DNA from: Octopus vulgaris
Taxonomy: Eukaryota
DNA: 64,000 nucleotides
NCBI GenBank assembly: GCA_951406725.2
Contig: OX597826.1
Coordinates: 73,718,001 to 73,782,000 of the forward strand
Direction of reading: 5' to 3'
Position 1 is the stretch's first letter, and the number at the start of each line of letters is the position of its first letter. The notes under the pieces were generated by a model. It had not been told where the DNA came from. It was given only the letters and a program-made list of their open reading frames with translations, and ran no database searches. Below are positions 1-10,074 of this stretch, in pieces. A program made the position numbers and the translations under genes.

Positions 1-79
1 TTACAGGCAACCTTAGCCATTTCCCATAATGTTTCACTGCATATCATTAACTTCTGTTAACACTAAACCAAGTCTTTAA

Positions 80-296
80 CCCTTTCATTACCAACCCGGC
101 TGAAACTGGCTCTGGCTCTGTAGTATATCTTGTTTTCATAAGTTTTGAATTAAAATCTTCCACCAAACCTTAGTCACAATTTATGTTCCTAACACAAGCT
201 GAATGATAACTAAGTTATTTTACTAAATTCTTTGTTATATTTAAAATAATTGAAAGAAAGACAGAGCATCTCAAAAAAAATACGGTAATGAAAGGG
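80..296. mobile_element. piggyBac-type MITE, copy 1
   Basis: TTAA at 76-79 and 297-300; 13-bp TIR CCCTTTCATTACC/GGTAATGAAAGGG; further copies at 13103 and 39086. Confidence 0.85.
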
Positions 297-443
297 TTAA
301 AAAAACTTCTTTTTTTTTTGTACTTCAAGTAAAATTTTTTATTTAATTTGTTTTAAAGCTAAGAAAATTATTTGAAATAAATGAAAAATAAAATTGACTA
401 GTCTCTTCCGCACCAAATTTCAGGCCTTGTGCCTTCAGTAGAA

Positions 444-489
<46 letters not shown>

Positions 490-490
<1 letters not shown>

Positions 491-1655
491 GGCAGTGAGC
501 TGGCAGAATCATTAGCACGCCAGACAAAATGCTTAGCAATATTTCGTCCATTATTACATTCTGGGTCCAAATTCTGCCAAGGTCAACTTTGCCCTTCATC
601 ATTTCAAGGTCAATAAAATAAGTACCAGTTGAACACTGGGAGTCAATATAATCCACTTACCCCTCTCCCAGACTTGCTGGCTTTGAACCAAAATTTGAAA
701 CCATTCTTCTTCTTCTTGTTATCGTTATTTATATTAATTTGTAGTGGATAGCAGAATCAGTAGAAAACCAAATATTTAGCTGTCTCTTTTAAAATCCTCT
801 CAGAATCATTTAAAATAAAGTACCAGTAAATTATTGGGACCAATTTCATCAACTAACCCTTTCCTTCAAATTGTGGCCTTGTGCTTATGTTAGAAGCAAT
901 TGATTCTTAATCCTTAATGGTTAATAAAGAAATTATTATTACTATTATTGTTATTATTATTATTTTTTTTTTTTTTCAAAGAGAGTTAAGTGGGGGGTTA
1001 GCTGACCAAATCATTAGCACTCCAGACTAAAAATACTTTGTGATATTTTGTCCATCCTTATTTTCTGAATCCAAATTCCACCAAGGTCCACTTTTCCTTC
1101 TGCCCTTTCATTTTGATAAAACAAGTACCAGTTGTGTACTGGGGCTTGATGTAATCAACTATTCCATCCTTGCAAAATTTCTGGCCTTGTGCCTATAGTA
1201 GAAAGGATAATTTCCAAACAGAATGATGGAAGGATAGAATCAATAGAGCCACAGGCAAAATGCCTTTATGGTATTTCTTTTGACCCTGTATGATGTGGGT
1301 TTAATCCCACTAAGGCCAAGTTTGTCTTTCATCCTTTTGAGGGTCAATAAAATAAGGTGCCAGTCAAGTGCTGGGGTTGGTCATTATCAACCAAGCCCTT
1401 TCTCCAAATTTCAAGCCTTGTGCCTATGCTAGAAAGAATTAGTATTGGTTTCAAATTTTGGCACAAGGCCAACAATTTCAGGGGATGGTGTAAGTCAATT
1501 ACAGCAACCCTAGTGCTCGACTGGTACTTTTTTATCGATCCCAAAAGAAAGAAAGGCAAAGTCAACCTCGGTGGAAATTTGAACTCAAAACATGAAGATG
1601 GACAAACTGCCACAAAGCATTTTGCCCAGCGTGATAACAATTCCGCCAGCTCACT
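490..1655. mobile_element. Cluster of about 5 SINE family B copies (head GGC.G.GAGCTGGCAGAA, body GCCTTTCATCC...GATAAA..AAGTACCAG); last copy inverted
   Basis: Related ~210-bp units at about 490, 741, 995 and 1230 (+) and 1447-1655 (-), with Pol III A/B-box-like motifs. Further copies at about 8470, 17400(-), 19296, 22620, 31680, 31920, 50661 and 56070(-). Confidence 0.8.
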
Positions 1656-1724
1656 GCATTGGAAAGAATTATTCTTATCAATTGTTAGACATTTCTATAT
1701 TTCTCAATAAAATATTATTAATAA

Positions 1725-1963
1725 ATCCCGTGCCGGTGGCACGTTAAAAGCTCCAACCGATCGTGGCCGATGCCGGACCCCCCTGGCACCTGTGCAGGTG
1801 GCACGTAAAAAGCACCCACTACACTCGCGGAGTGGTTGGCGTTAGGAAGGGCATCCAGGTGTAGAAACACTGCCAGATCAGACTGGAGCCTGGTGCAGCC
1901 TTCCGGCTTCACAGACCCCAGTTGAACCGTCCAACCCATGCTAGCATGGAAAACAGACGTTAA

Positions 1964-1992
<29 letters not shown>
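1725..1992 (+). mobile_element. RTE LINE 3' UTR/tail fragment ending in (GAT)n
   Basis: Ends CCATGCTAGCATGG...CGTTAAA(TGA)n. The same sequence adjoins the RTE ORF end at 39835-40680. Other copies at 9400(+), 15270(+), 18745(+), 21757(-) and 41222(-). Confidence 0.75.
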
Positions 1993-1995
<3 letters not shown>

Positions 1996-2076
1996 ATGGA
2001 ATGCAACTAAATGAAAATTCTTATTTGTATGTTTTGTTTCTTTACTATTTATAATGTTTCTTTTTGTTTGTTGTAG

Positions 2077-2768
2077 AAAAAGGCAAAGGTAAATTTAAAA
2101 CTGCCTGCTGCATCCCTTACTTTGTGATAGCGATGTTGGTGTTTGTCTGTTTCTGTATCTCTTTGTATCTTATCGTGAAGAACGGCACCAAGAACACGTC
2201 GATAAATGCAGCAACAATCACTCTGTTCAGTATAGTCGTCTTGTCTTTCATTATGAACATCCGTACGTGGGGACGCGCTTTGCTATCGCTGACTGTATCA
2301 CAGAAGAAACGGGTCATTCGAGCTGCCGACCAACTCGATCTGCTGAAGATGGACGGGTTCATGCAGAAATTGAAGCACGAAGTTGATCTCATGAGTAAAA
2401 TGGTCCTCTGCTTAGATTCATTCACTGGAACTCAAACCAGACTTGTAGTTATCGTCGACGGCCTCGACAGCTGTGAGCAGGGCAAAGTACTGAGTGTGCT
2501 GGACACAGTCAAGACTTTGTTCTCCGACGACAACTCTCCATTTATCACCATTCTAGCTGTCGATCCTCATATCATCATCAAAGGAATCGAGCAGAATCTT
2601 CGAGTGTCTGTTCTGGACTCCAATGTTCATGGTTACGACTACCTTAGAAACATTGTACATTTACCATTCTTCCTACAGAGTCAGGGATTACGGATCCAGA
2701 AAAGGGACTCACTACTTTTCAGCTCATTCAGTACGGCTGATTACGCAGATTCTCCAGGAAAACTTAAG
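2077..2768 (+). CDS. KIDINS220: Kidins220/ARMS internal exon: two TM helices plus KAP-family P-loop NTPase Walker B region
   Basis: Polypyrimidine tract and TAG acceptor ending 2076; donor AAG|GTAATT at 2769. Translation contains CCIPYFV, GFMQKLKHEVDLM, RLVVIVDGLDSCEQGKVL, DPHIIIKGIEQNL and GYDYLRNIVHLPFFL, motifs I recognise from Kidins220. The ankyrin-repeat exons lie upstream of the window. Confidence 0.95.
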
Positions 2769-2987
2769 GTAATTCTTCATCTGGTTTCACAATTTTGGTT
2801 TTCTTTGTTGGAATGAGTGTGTATGTGTCTAAGTAAGGAACTAGCAGGAGTTAATGGCTGTGTGAAGGATCAGGCAATGCATGAGGGCAACAGTGGCTTT
2901 AACAATGCTCTCTTTACAGAAATGGTGTTATGAACAATATTATGTATGTATGTATGTATATAACTAAATATATTCTGACAATAAATA

Positions 2988-3320
2988 AAGACCCCCTTCG
3001 GTCATGAATGACCATGGGATTGCACCTAGAAAGTTACCCTCGTAGACACAAGTCCGGGCAAGGTTGTTTATGGAAGACCAGCAGTCGCCCATGCATACCA
3101 GCCTCCCCTCTCACGCCACTAGTGTTATTCAAGGGAAAGACAAAGGTCGATACAGCTTGGCACCAGTGACGTCGCAACTCATTTCTACAGCTGAGTGAAC
3201 TGGAGCAACGTGAAATAAAGTGTCTTGCTCAAGAACACAACACGCAGCCCGGTCCGGGATTCGAACTCACAACCTCATGATCGTAAGCTCGACGCTCTAA
3301 CCACTGAGCCATGCGCCTTC
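2988..3320 (-). mobile_element. tRNA-derived SINE family C, full length with TSD
   Basis: Minus-strand head GGCGCATGGCTCAGTGGTTAGAGC...GAGTTCGAATCCC with A and B boxes; 10-bp TSD ACAATAAATA at 2978-2987 and 3321-3330. Related heads at about 5450(-), 6995, 19360(-), 25115(-), 31281, 33085, 36470, 53945 and 55181. Confidence 0.88.
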
Positions 3321-3371
3321 ACAATAAATACATATATACAAACACACTCACACACACACACACACATATAT

Positions 3372-3560
3372 ATGGCGATTTTTTTCCTCTGTCTTCCCTT
3401 CTCGGGATCTTTCCTTCTCCTATGTTTCCGACGAAAAGCTCCGCTCGAAACATTAAACCCTCCTTCTTCCCTTCTTTCCTGAGCTTCCAATAATACTTTA
3501 TTTGTTCCACGTCCTCGCGTTGCTGTGTTTTTTTTGTTTTTTTGTGTTTTCTTGTTTGGA

Positions 3561-3563
<3 letters not shown>
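3372..3563 (+). mobile_element. Short (TA)n-flanked repeat with a hammerhead-like motif (Penelope pLTR-like)
   Basis: Bounded by CA/TA microsatellites; GTTT-CCGACGA-A-AAGCTCCGCTC-GAAA-CATT-AAAC at 3424-3458. Confidence 0.5.
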
Positions 3564-3636
<73 letters not shown>

Positions 3637-3637
<1 letters not shown>

Positions 3638-3850
3638 GAGGGTGTGCTGAAAAGTTCCTGGCTCTGGGTAAAAGAAAATACAGGAGGAATTGGTTATGAT
3701 TTTATTCAACATAATCCTCTCTCAGATTCACACACAAATTGCATCAGTCCTTCAGTTTTTCTAAGCCCTTCAAAAGAACTCAGAAAGTTGCACCTCCAAC
3801 CAGGCCTTTCACAATACCCTTAAAACCAGGAACTTTTCAGCACCTCCTTG
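3637..3850. mobile_element. Tc1/mariner-type MITE
   Basis: TIR GTGCTGAAAAGTTCCTGG / CCAGGAACTTTTCAGCAC, inserted in a TA/TG microsatellite. Confidence 0.75.
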
Positions 3851-4099
3851 TGTGTGTGTGTGTGTGTGTGTATTCTTTATTTGTGAATTAAGGCTACCAT
3901 TGGTTTTATGTTAAGAAGAGTGGGAAAAATACATGTGTGTGTGTATGTAAATAAATCTATAAATATGTAAAATAAGTAAAAAAAATCTATTTCTCCACTA
4001 ATTGATGAATAAATGTCTGAATTTATAAACCTATCATACTCCACACTTGCTTTGTACAACATTATTTAAATTCTATCATTCCTCTTTTTTGGTGTGCAG

Positions 4100-4280
4100 C
4101 ATCAGGAACCAGCAGAATCAAAACTGAAGAAGCTCAAACAATGGCGTACAGCCAGTCTCCAACTGTCCAACACAACCACCTCAACTTTTGATCTTTCACA
4201 CACTTTGGTTAAAAATGATTACTTCAGTGATATCAACCCTCGAAGCATGCGACGCTTATTAAACATCGTTGCAGTTACAG
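4100..4280 (+). CDS. KIDINS220: Kidins220 exon (HQEPAESK...DYFSDINPRSMRRLLNIVAVTG)
   Basis: CAG acceptor ending 4099 in phase 0, matching the previous exon; donor CAG|GTGAG at 4281 in phase 1; conserved FSDINPRSMRRLLNIV motif. Confidence 0.93.
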
Positions 4281-4346
4281 GTGAGCATATGGTGCTGTGG
4301 TGGCTAGAATGACTCTCGTCAAGGGAAGAACAAATGTGCTTTATCT

Positions 4347-5343
4347 CTTTAGCATTTAAACCAGCAGTATATGTATCTGGCCTAAGTATTCTACCTGTTT
4401 TATATTCAACCTGGCCGGATCTGGCCCCTCGTGTCTACCCTACAATATCATCGTCGTCGTTTAGCGTCCGTTTTCCATGCTAGCATGGGTTGGACGGTTC
4501 TACTGGGGTCTGTGAAGCCAGAAGGCTTCATCAGGCCCAGTCAGATCTGGCAGTGTTTCTACGGCTGGATGCCCTTCCTAACGCCAACCACTCCGTGAGT
4601 GTAGTGGGTGATTTTTACGTGCCACCCGCACAGGTGCCAGACAGAGCTGGCAAATGGCCACGAACGGATGGTGCTTTTTATGTGCCACCGGCACAAGGGC
4701 CAGGCAAGGCTGGCAACGGACACGAAACAGGGCGGTGCTGGCAACGGTCGCGAAACGGAAGGTTCTCTTACATGCCACCGGCACTGGTAACACATCTGCA
4801 ATCATTCTAAAAATCAACAGATAGGTGTAGGAGCAGCTATGTGGTAAGTAGCTTGCTTACCAACCACATGGTTCTGGGTTCAGTCCCACTGCATGGCACC
4901 TTGGGCAAGTGTCTTCTACTATAGCCTCGGGCCAACCAAAGCTTTGTGAGTGGATTTGGTAGACGGAAACTGAAAGAAGCCCATCGTATATATGTATATA
5001 TATGTAAGTGTGTGTATATGTTTGTGTGTCTGTGTTTGTCCCCCCAATATCACTTGACAACCGATGCTGGTATGTTTACATCCCCGTAACTTAGCGGTTC
5101 GGCTAAAGAGATTGATAGAATAAGTACTAGGCTTACAAAGAATAAGTCCTGGGGTGGATTTGCTCGACTAAAGGCAGTGCTCCAGCATGGCCACAGTCAA
5201 ATGACTGAAACAAGTAAAAGAATAAAAAGAAAAGAAAGATACCTCATAAAAATCTGAAAGCTCTAAGACAATGCAAGATTAATTCAAAACAAAGGGAATA
5301 AAGAAAAATTACTTTTGACAGAATAATCTGAATGCTAAAGGGG
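4347..5343. mobile_element. Second TIR MITE family (CTTTAGCATT...AATGCTAAAG) with nested RTE tail (4448-4800, -) and SINE A (4822-5220, +)
   Basis: Inverted termini CTTTAGCATT and AATGCTAAAG; a decayed reverse-orientation copy lies at about 63480-63645. Confidence 0.6.
4822..5220 (+). mobile_element. SINE family A (about 400 bp, internal TA/TG microsatellite, tail TGACTGAAACAAGTAAAAGA)
   Basis: tRNA-like head (..GTGTGGTAAG...GGGTTCAGTCCC). Similar copies at about 9225, 12714, 15101, 16165, 18013, 33786, 36962, 37690(-), 40745(-), 49828, 50885, 54835(-) and 58995(-). Confidence 0.88.
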
Positions 5344-5589
5344 TCAATAGAAAGCTGTGTAGTTCTGTAGGTGTGTAGTCCTAGGTCTTGACTCCTCGGG
5401 TTGGTTTCTATGGTGCTTCAGTGACTAAAATCACAACATTCTCTGGAGTTACTTATTTACAGTCAAGTGGACTGGAACAATGTGAAATGAAGTGTCTTGC
5501 TCAAGAACACATCACACTGCCAGTCTGGGAATTGAAACGACGATCTAATGATTGTGAGTACAACACCCTAACCATTTGTGCCACACCCC

Positions 5590-5669
<80 letters not shown>

Positions 5670-5684
5670 GTATATATATGTATG

Positions 5685-5710
<26 letters not shown>

Positions 5711-5715
<5 letters not shown>

Positions 5716-5932
5716 GGTTGGTCAAAAGTCACCTGACAGTAAATCAAAACCATTTCATTCCAAGATTTATGTTTAACAAGTGAATGAATTTAATAAAAGC
5801 ATCTAAATATGAAACATCGTGAAAATTGTTCAAACTGAATTCCTTCATGAGCGACACATTTTTCCATTTGAGTCAACACAGAATTACAGATAGTATTTAT
5901 GGAAGTTTCATGTAGTGTCAGGTGACTATGAG
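5711..5932. mobile_element. Degenerate Tc1/mariner-type MITE
   Basis: Inverted ends AGTCACCTGACA / TGTCAGGTGACT. Confidence 0.45.
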
Positions 5933-6005
5933 TGTCCAGTTGCTCAGTCAGCTGGACAGTAACATAATCAACAACATAATAATAATAAACTTATTGTGTA
6001 CAGTG

Positions 6006-6330
6006 GAGGTGCAATGGCCCAGTGGTTAGGGCAGCGGACTCGCGGTCTTAGGATCACGGTTTCGATTCCCAGACTGGGCGTTGTGAGTGTTTATTGAGCG
6101 AAAACACCTAGAGCTCCATGTGGTGCTGAACCCTGCTGTACTCTTTCACCACAACTTTCCCTCACTCTTTCTTCCTGTTTCTGTTGTACCTTGTATTTCA
6201 AAGGGCCGGCCTTGTCACACTCTGTGGAGTGCTCAGCCACTTGCACGTTAATTTCACAAGTAGGCTGTTCCATTGATCAGATCAACTGGAACCCTCATCG
6301 TCGCAACCGAGAGAGTGCTAGTCTCAATTA
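6006..6330 (+). mobile_element. tRNA-derived SINE inserted into a CR1 3'-end fragment
   Basis: TSD TGTACAGTG at 5997-6005 and 6331-6339; the rejoined flanks match the LINE terminus at 10102-10130. Confidence 0.7.
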
Positions 6331-6530
6331 TGTACAGTGTTCAGGTGCACCACAACTCGTTAGAAAAAGTAGCCAAAAGAACATGGGCAATAGACAGAAT
6401 ATGCACTGGAGGTGAGTAGTGAATTAACCATTTAAAAGGAAAGGGACATCAGGTGTATTGTTGGCGAATTTTAGGAAGCATGGCAACATTAGCAACGGTC
6501 TCAGAAACACTGACGACAAAGGTGACACAT

Positions 6531-6600
6531 TTAACAACCCCTTAGCAACATTAAACAACCCCTTAGCAACATTAAACAACCCCTTAGCAACATTAAACAA
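6531..6600. repeat. 21-bp tandem repeat, about 3.3 copies (TTAAACAACCCCTTAGCAACA)
   Basis: Direct tandem units read from the sequence. Confidence 0.9.
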
Positions 6601-6746
6601 CACATTGGCAACAGCATCTGCAGTGCTTTAACAATGGCACATAAATAACCGTAACACCTTAACTGCATTAACTACAATCATTTTCTATTGGTTTCCAGCT
6701 GTTTCTAAAGAACTGAAATATTGAACTTTCTTCTCTTCCAATACAG

Positions 6747-6909
6747 GACGTCTTCTCCGAGCATATGGTATAGAATTTAGTTGGTACCGCCTTGCCGCAT
6801 GGATCAATTTGGTGGAACAGTGGCCTTATCATGCCTCATGGGTAATTCTAGAGTTTGAAGATACAGAAAACATGGACGACTCAACAACATTGATTTCTAT
6901 TTACAAAAA
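6747..6909 (+). CDS. KIDINS220: Kidins220 exon (GRLLRAYGIEFSWYRLAAWINLVEQWPYHASWVIL...), absent from the ORF track
   Basis: Pyrimidine tract and CAG ending 6746, phase 1 in; donor AA|GTAAGT at 6910, phase 2 out. Hand translation matches the Kidins220 RLLRA...WINL.EQWPY motif. Confidence 0.93.
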
Positions 6910-7705
6910 GTAAGTAATTGATGTGTAGGCTATAATTCTGTATTTAACTGTGTCAAGATAGGAAGAAATATTTTAAGCCGCATCATTTCCCGTTGTGAAG
7001 GCACATAGCTTAGTGGTGAGGTTATTAAGCTTACGATCGTATAGTCATGAGTTCAATTCCCAGTGACGTGTTATGACCTTGAGCAAGACACTTTATTTCA
7101 CGTTGCTCCACTCCACTCAGCTGGCAAAAATGAGTTGTACCTGTATTTCAAAAGGGCCAGCCTTGTCACACTGAATCTTCCTGAGAAGTACATTAAGGGT
7201 ACACATGTCTGGAGTGCTCACCCCCTTGTACATTAATTTCATGAGCAAGCTGTTCCATTGATCTGATCAACTGGTACCCTCGTCGTGACCAACAGGGTAC
7301 CAGTTTATGTCCCATCAAACTGCTCCTCCTCCTTTGTCCACCACTCACTACATTCACTTCTGCCCCTTACTTACCCCCTCCTGACCTACTACCTGTATCA
7401 TCATCCAGCACTGGGTTAATCATTGAGCAAAATAAGCACATGTTTTGGGCATGAAGGCAGAGGTGGGGGCGCATCACAGAAATGGTAAAAGGTCTACGGC
7501 ACAAAAGAAATCACTTTAAACTTGCTATAATAATATTCAGCATGTACCAGAAGTTTGAACTGCTCCCCTTGTGAGTAATCCAGTACCTTAATCTTACAAT
7601 TCCTGTGTCTCGTTATCCTGTCTTCTCTCATTTACTTCCAGATCAATATTTGTAATTAGTAGCTTGTATTTTTTATTAGCTTATATTGTTTTCTGTTTTC
7701 CTCAG

Positions 7706-7893
7706 AGTTGCAAACAAAATTCCAACATCCCGTGACATTGATCCTCTACTTGAAATTGACAAAGATGTCCGGAAACTGGAGGTTTTTCTTGCTAATTCCA
7801 ATCGAAACCAACCAATTTTGAATGTTGGGGATCTGAAGAAATTCTTGCCATGTACCATTAATTTAGACCCTTACTTAAGAAAACTTATTCGAG
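7706..7893 (+). CDS. KIDINS220: Kidins220 exon (VANKIPTSRDIDPLLEID...FLPCTINLDPYLRKLIR)
   Basis: CAG acceptor ending 7705 (phase 2), donor G|GTTTGT at 7894 (phase 1); PLLEID and FLPCTINLDP motifs. Confidence 0.92.
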
Positions 7894-8709
7894 GTTTGTA
7901 CTGATCTGTCTTTATCATATAACCTGTTGTAGTCCTGGTAGTTATCTTGTCACACAGACATATAGAAGATGTGGCTAATTGGCTTACAAAAAAATATTTA
8001 AATTATTCAGAGCATTAAATCACTTCGCTATTCTCTGTGAATGCCAAGGTAATTAATGGAAAAAGTTCTGTCAGCTAAGAATTATTTTTATACAGATGTG
8101 CATGAGTGAGATGATTTTTGTTGGAGCAACTGTTTTTACTGTTGGGTACCCTTTCTGCTGCAATCCTTTGGATTGGGAACTTGAAGTGGTCCTTGGTTTG
8201 TCTGTCAAGAAATTGGAACAAATGGAGTTCGGTGCTTTATTCATGGCCTTTAACACAATAGCATGGAGGGGTCACATTGGGGTAATTTCCAAAAGATCAA
8301 CTGCATCACGGCAACTTCCAGTGTCACTGATTTCTAACTATTCATCTCTTTCAACAGCATCTTAACTGTACAACCATTGTGCTGTATATTTCAATATATA
8401 TAAAAATTCAAATGGAAATTGTAGTTAAGACACCCGTGCTGGTGACACGTTAAAAGAAAAGCACCCTTTTTATGTTCCAAGTTCAAATGCTGCTGAGGTT
8501 ATCTTGCCTTTCATCCATTCAGGATCAACAAAATAAGCCCTAGTTCAACACTTGGGTCAATATAAATCAACTTACCCACTCCCGTGAAATTGCTGGCCTT
8601 GTGCCAAAATATGAAATCATTTTTTCTAGCCTTATCTACTTCAAGTTCCACCATTAAAAATATGAAATATTGAACTTTTTTAAGGATTTATATTTTGTTT
8701 ATATTTCAG

Positions 8710-9029
8710 AAACTAAAAAAAATATGGATCTTCAACGATCTGAATATTCTTATAATTCCATTTATCCTGTAATACCTTCCGGCCCTTCACCAGCACCGTC
8801 ATTAATTGGTCCTCGGGGAGATGGAGACCTTGGTCTGCGAGGTTTATATCCTACTGTCTTACCTTCCTCAGCATCAAATCGTTTCATGGCGCCATGTAAT
8901 CAACCTATTCCAATGCCTCATCCTACCATGTTTACAACCTCATCTGGTTCATATCTAATATCACAGCCAGCAGCCCCGCACCAGATACCACGTCCACATC
9001 AATTGACGATTCCACCAATATTGCCAAAG
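8710..9029 (+). CDS. KIDINS220: Kidins220 proline-rich exon
   Basis: TTTCAG acceptor ending 8709 (phase 1), donor AAG|GTTAGA at 9030 (phase 0). Pro-rich open frame at the expected position between the NTPase and SAM domains. Confidence 0.85.
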
Positions 9030-9739
9030 GTTAGAACAACATTTTTTTTCATTCATAACAAAGAATTTGTTAGTTTCAGAGGGTGTTGGTACCGGCCTAG
9101 TTACAGAGCAAAAGGGTGAAACCAGACTATTTCTCTATTTCAATAGCAGAAGGTAATACAGGATGTAGTTAGAAATATCTCATGAATATTTTGGTAAAGA
9201 ATAATAATAATAATAATAATAAGATAGGCGCAGGAGTGGCTGTGTGGTAAGTAGCTTGCTTACCAACCACAAGGTTCCGGGTTCAGTCCCACTGCGTGGC
9301 GCCTTGGGCAAGTGTCTTCTACTATAGCCTCGGGCCAACCAAAACCTTGTGAGTGGATTTGGCAGACAGAAACTGAAAGAAGCCCATCATATATATATAG
9401 ACTACACTCACGGAGTGGTTGGCGTTAGGAAGGGCATCCAGCTGTAGAAACACTGCCAGATAAGACTGGAGCCTGGTGCAGCCTTCTGGCTTCCCAGATC
9501 CCCGGTCGAACCGTCCAACCCATGCTAGCATGGAGAACGGACGTTAAACGATGATGATGATGATGTATGTGTGTATATGTTTTGGTGTCTGTGTTTGTCC
9601 CCCCAACATCACTTTTTGGCAAAAAAGACCGATAGAATAAGTACTAAGCTTACAAAGAATAAGTCCTGGGGTCGATTTGCTCGACTAAAGGCAGTGCTCC
9701 TGCATGGCCCCAGTCAACTGACTGATACAAGTAAAAGAG

Positions 9740-10068
9740 TAATAATAATAATAATGATAATGATAATAACACCAAGAACATCCATTGTTGTCCACAATGA
9801 CCAAGGACATTGCATGGAAGAAAACAGGTCACGATATGTCCGGCAATGGCCAATTAATCCACTGTGTGTTCAGAAGGTCAGGCAGTGGTGGTCTGTTGGG
9901 ACTGAAGGCAACAAGATGGCTCTGGACTTGCACAGCTCACATTTTCTTTATGCTTCTGTGATCCTGTTCTGGCACTTCTGTTGATGCAACCTCACCTGAC
10001 AAGGTGGTCTTCTGCTTGCGTTTCCCATGTGCCAAGGTTGGTCTCAAAGCTCTTCAGTGAGGCTTTAA
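9740..10068 (-). mobile_element. Decayed RTE (BovB-like) LINE 3' end
   Basis: Minus strand reads KASLKSF..NLGTWETQAED, then a degenerate C-terminal GLIGH.RT segment and an (ATT)n tail. Confidence 0.55.
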
Positions 10069-10074
10069 GTGTAT

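Noticed and set aside
2064-2816. Stand-alone 250-aa gene as given in the ORF track
   Set aside because: The ORF start and end lie in intron sequence beyond clear splice sites; it is an internal exon.
3245-3320. tRNA gene on the minus strand (similar heads at 6006, 31281 and 48108)
   Set aside because: It has A/B boxes but no proper acceptor stem, and continues into a SINE body with a TSD.
8096-8365. Additional Kidins220 exon in the 89-aa ORF
   Set aside because: No similarity to Kidins220, and the flanking exons already join in phase (7893 to 8710).
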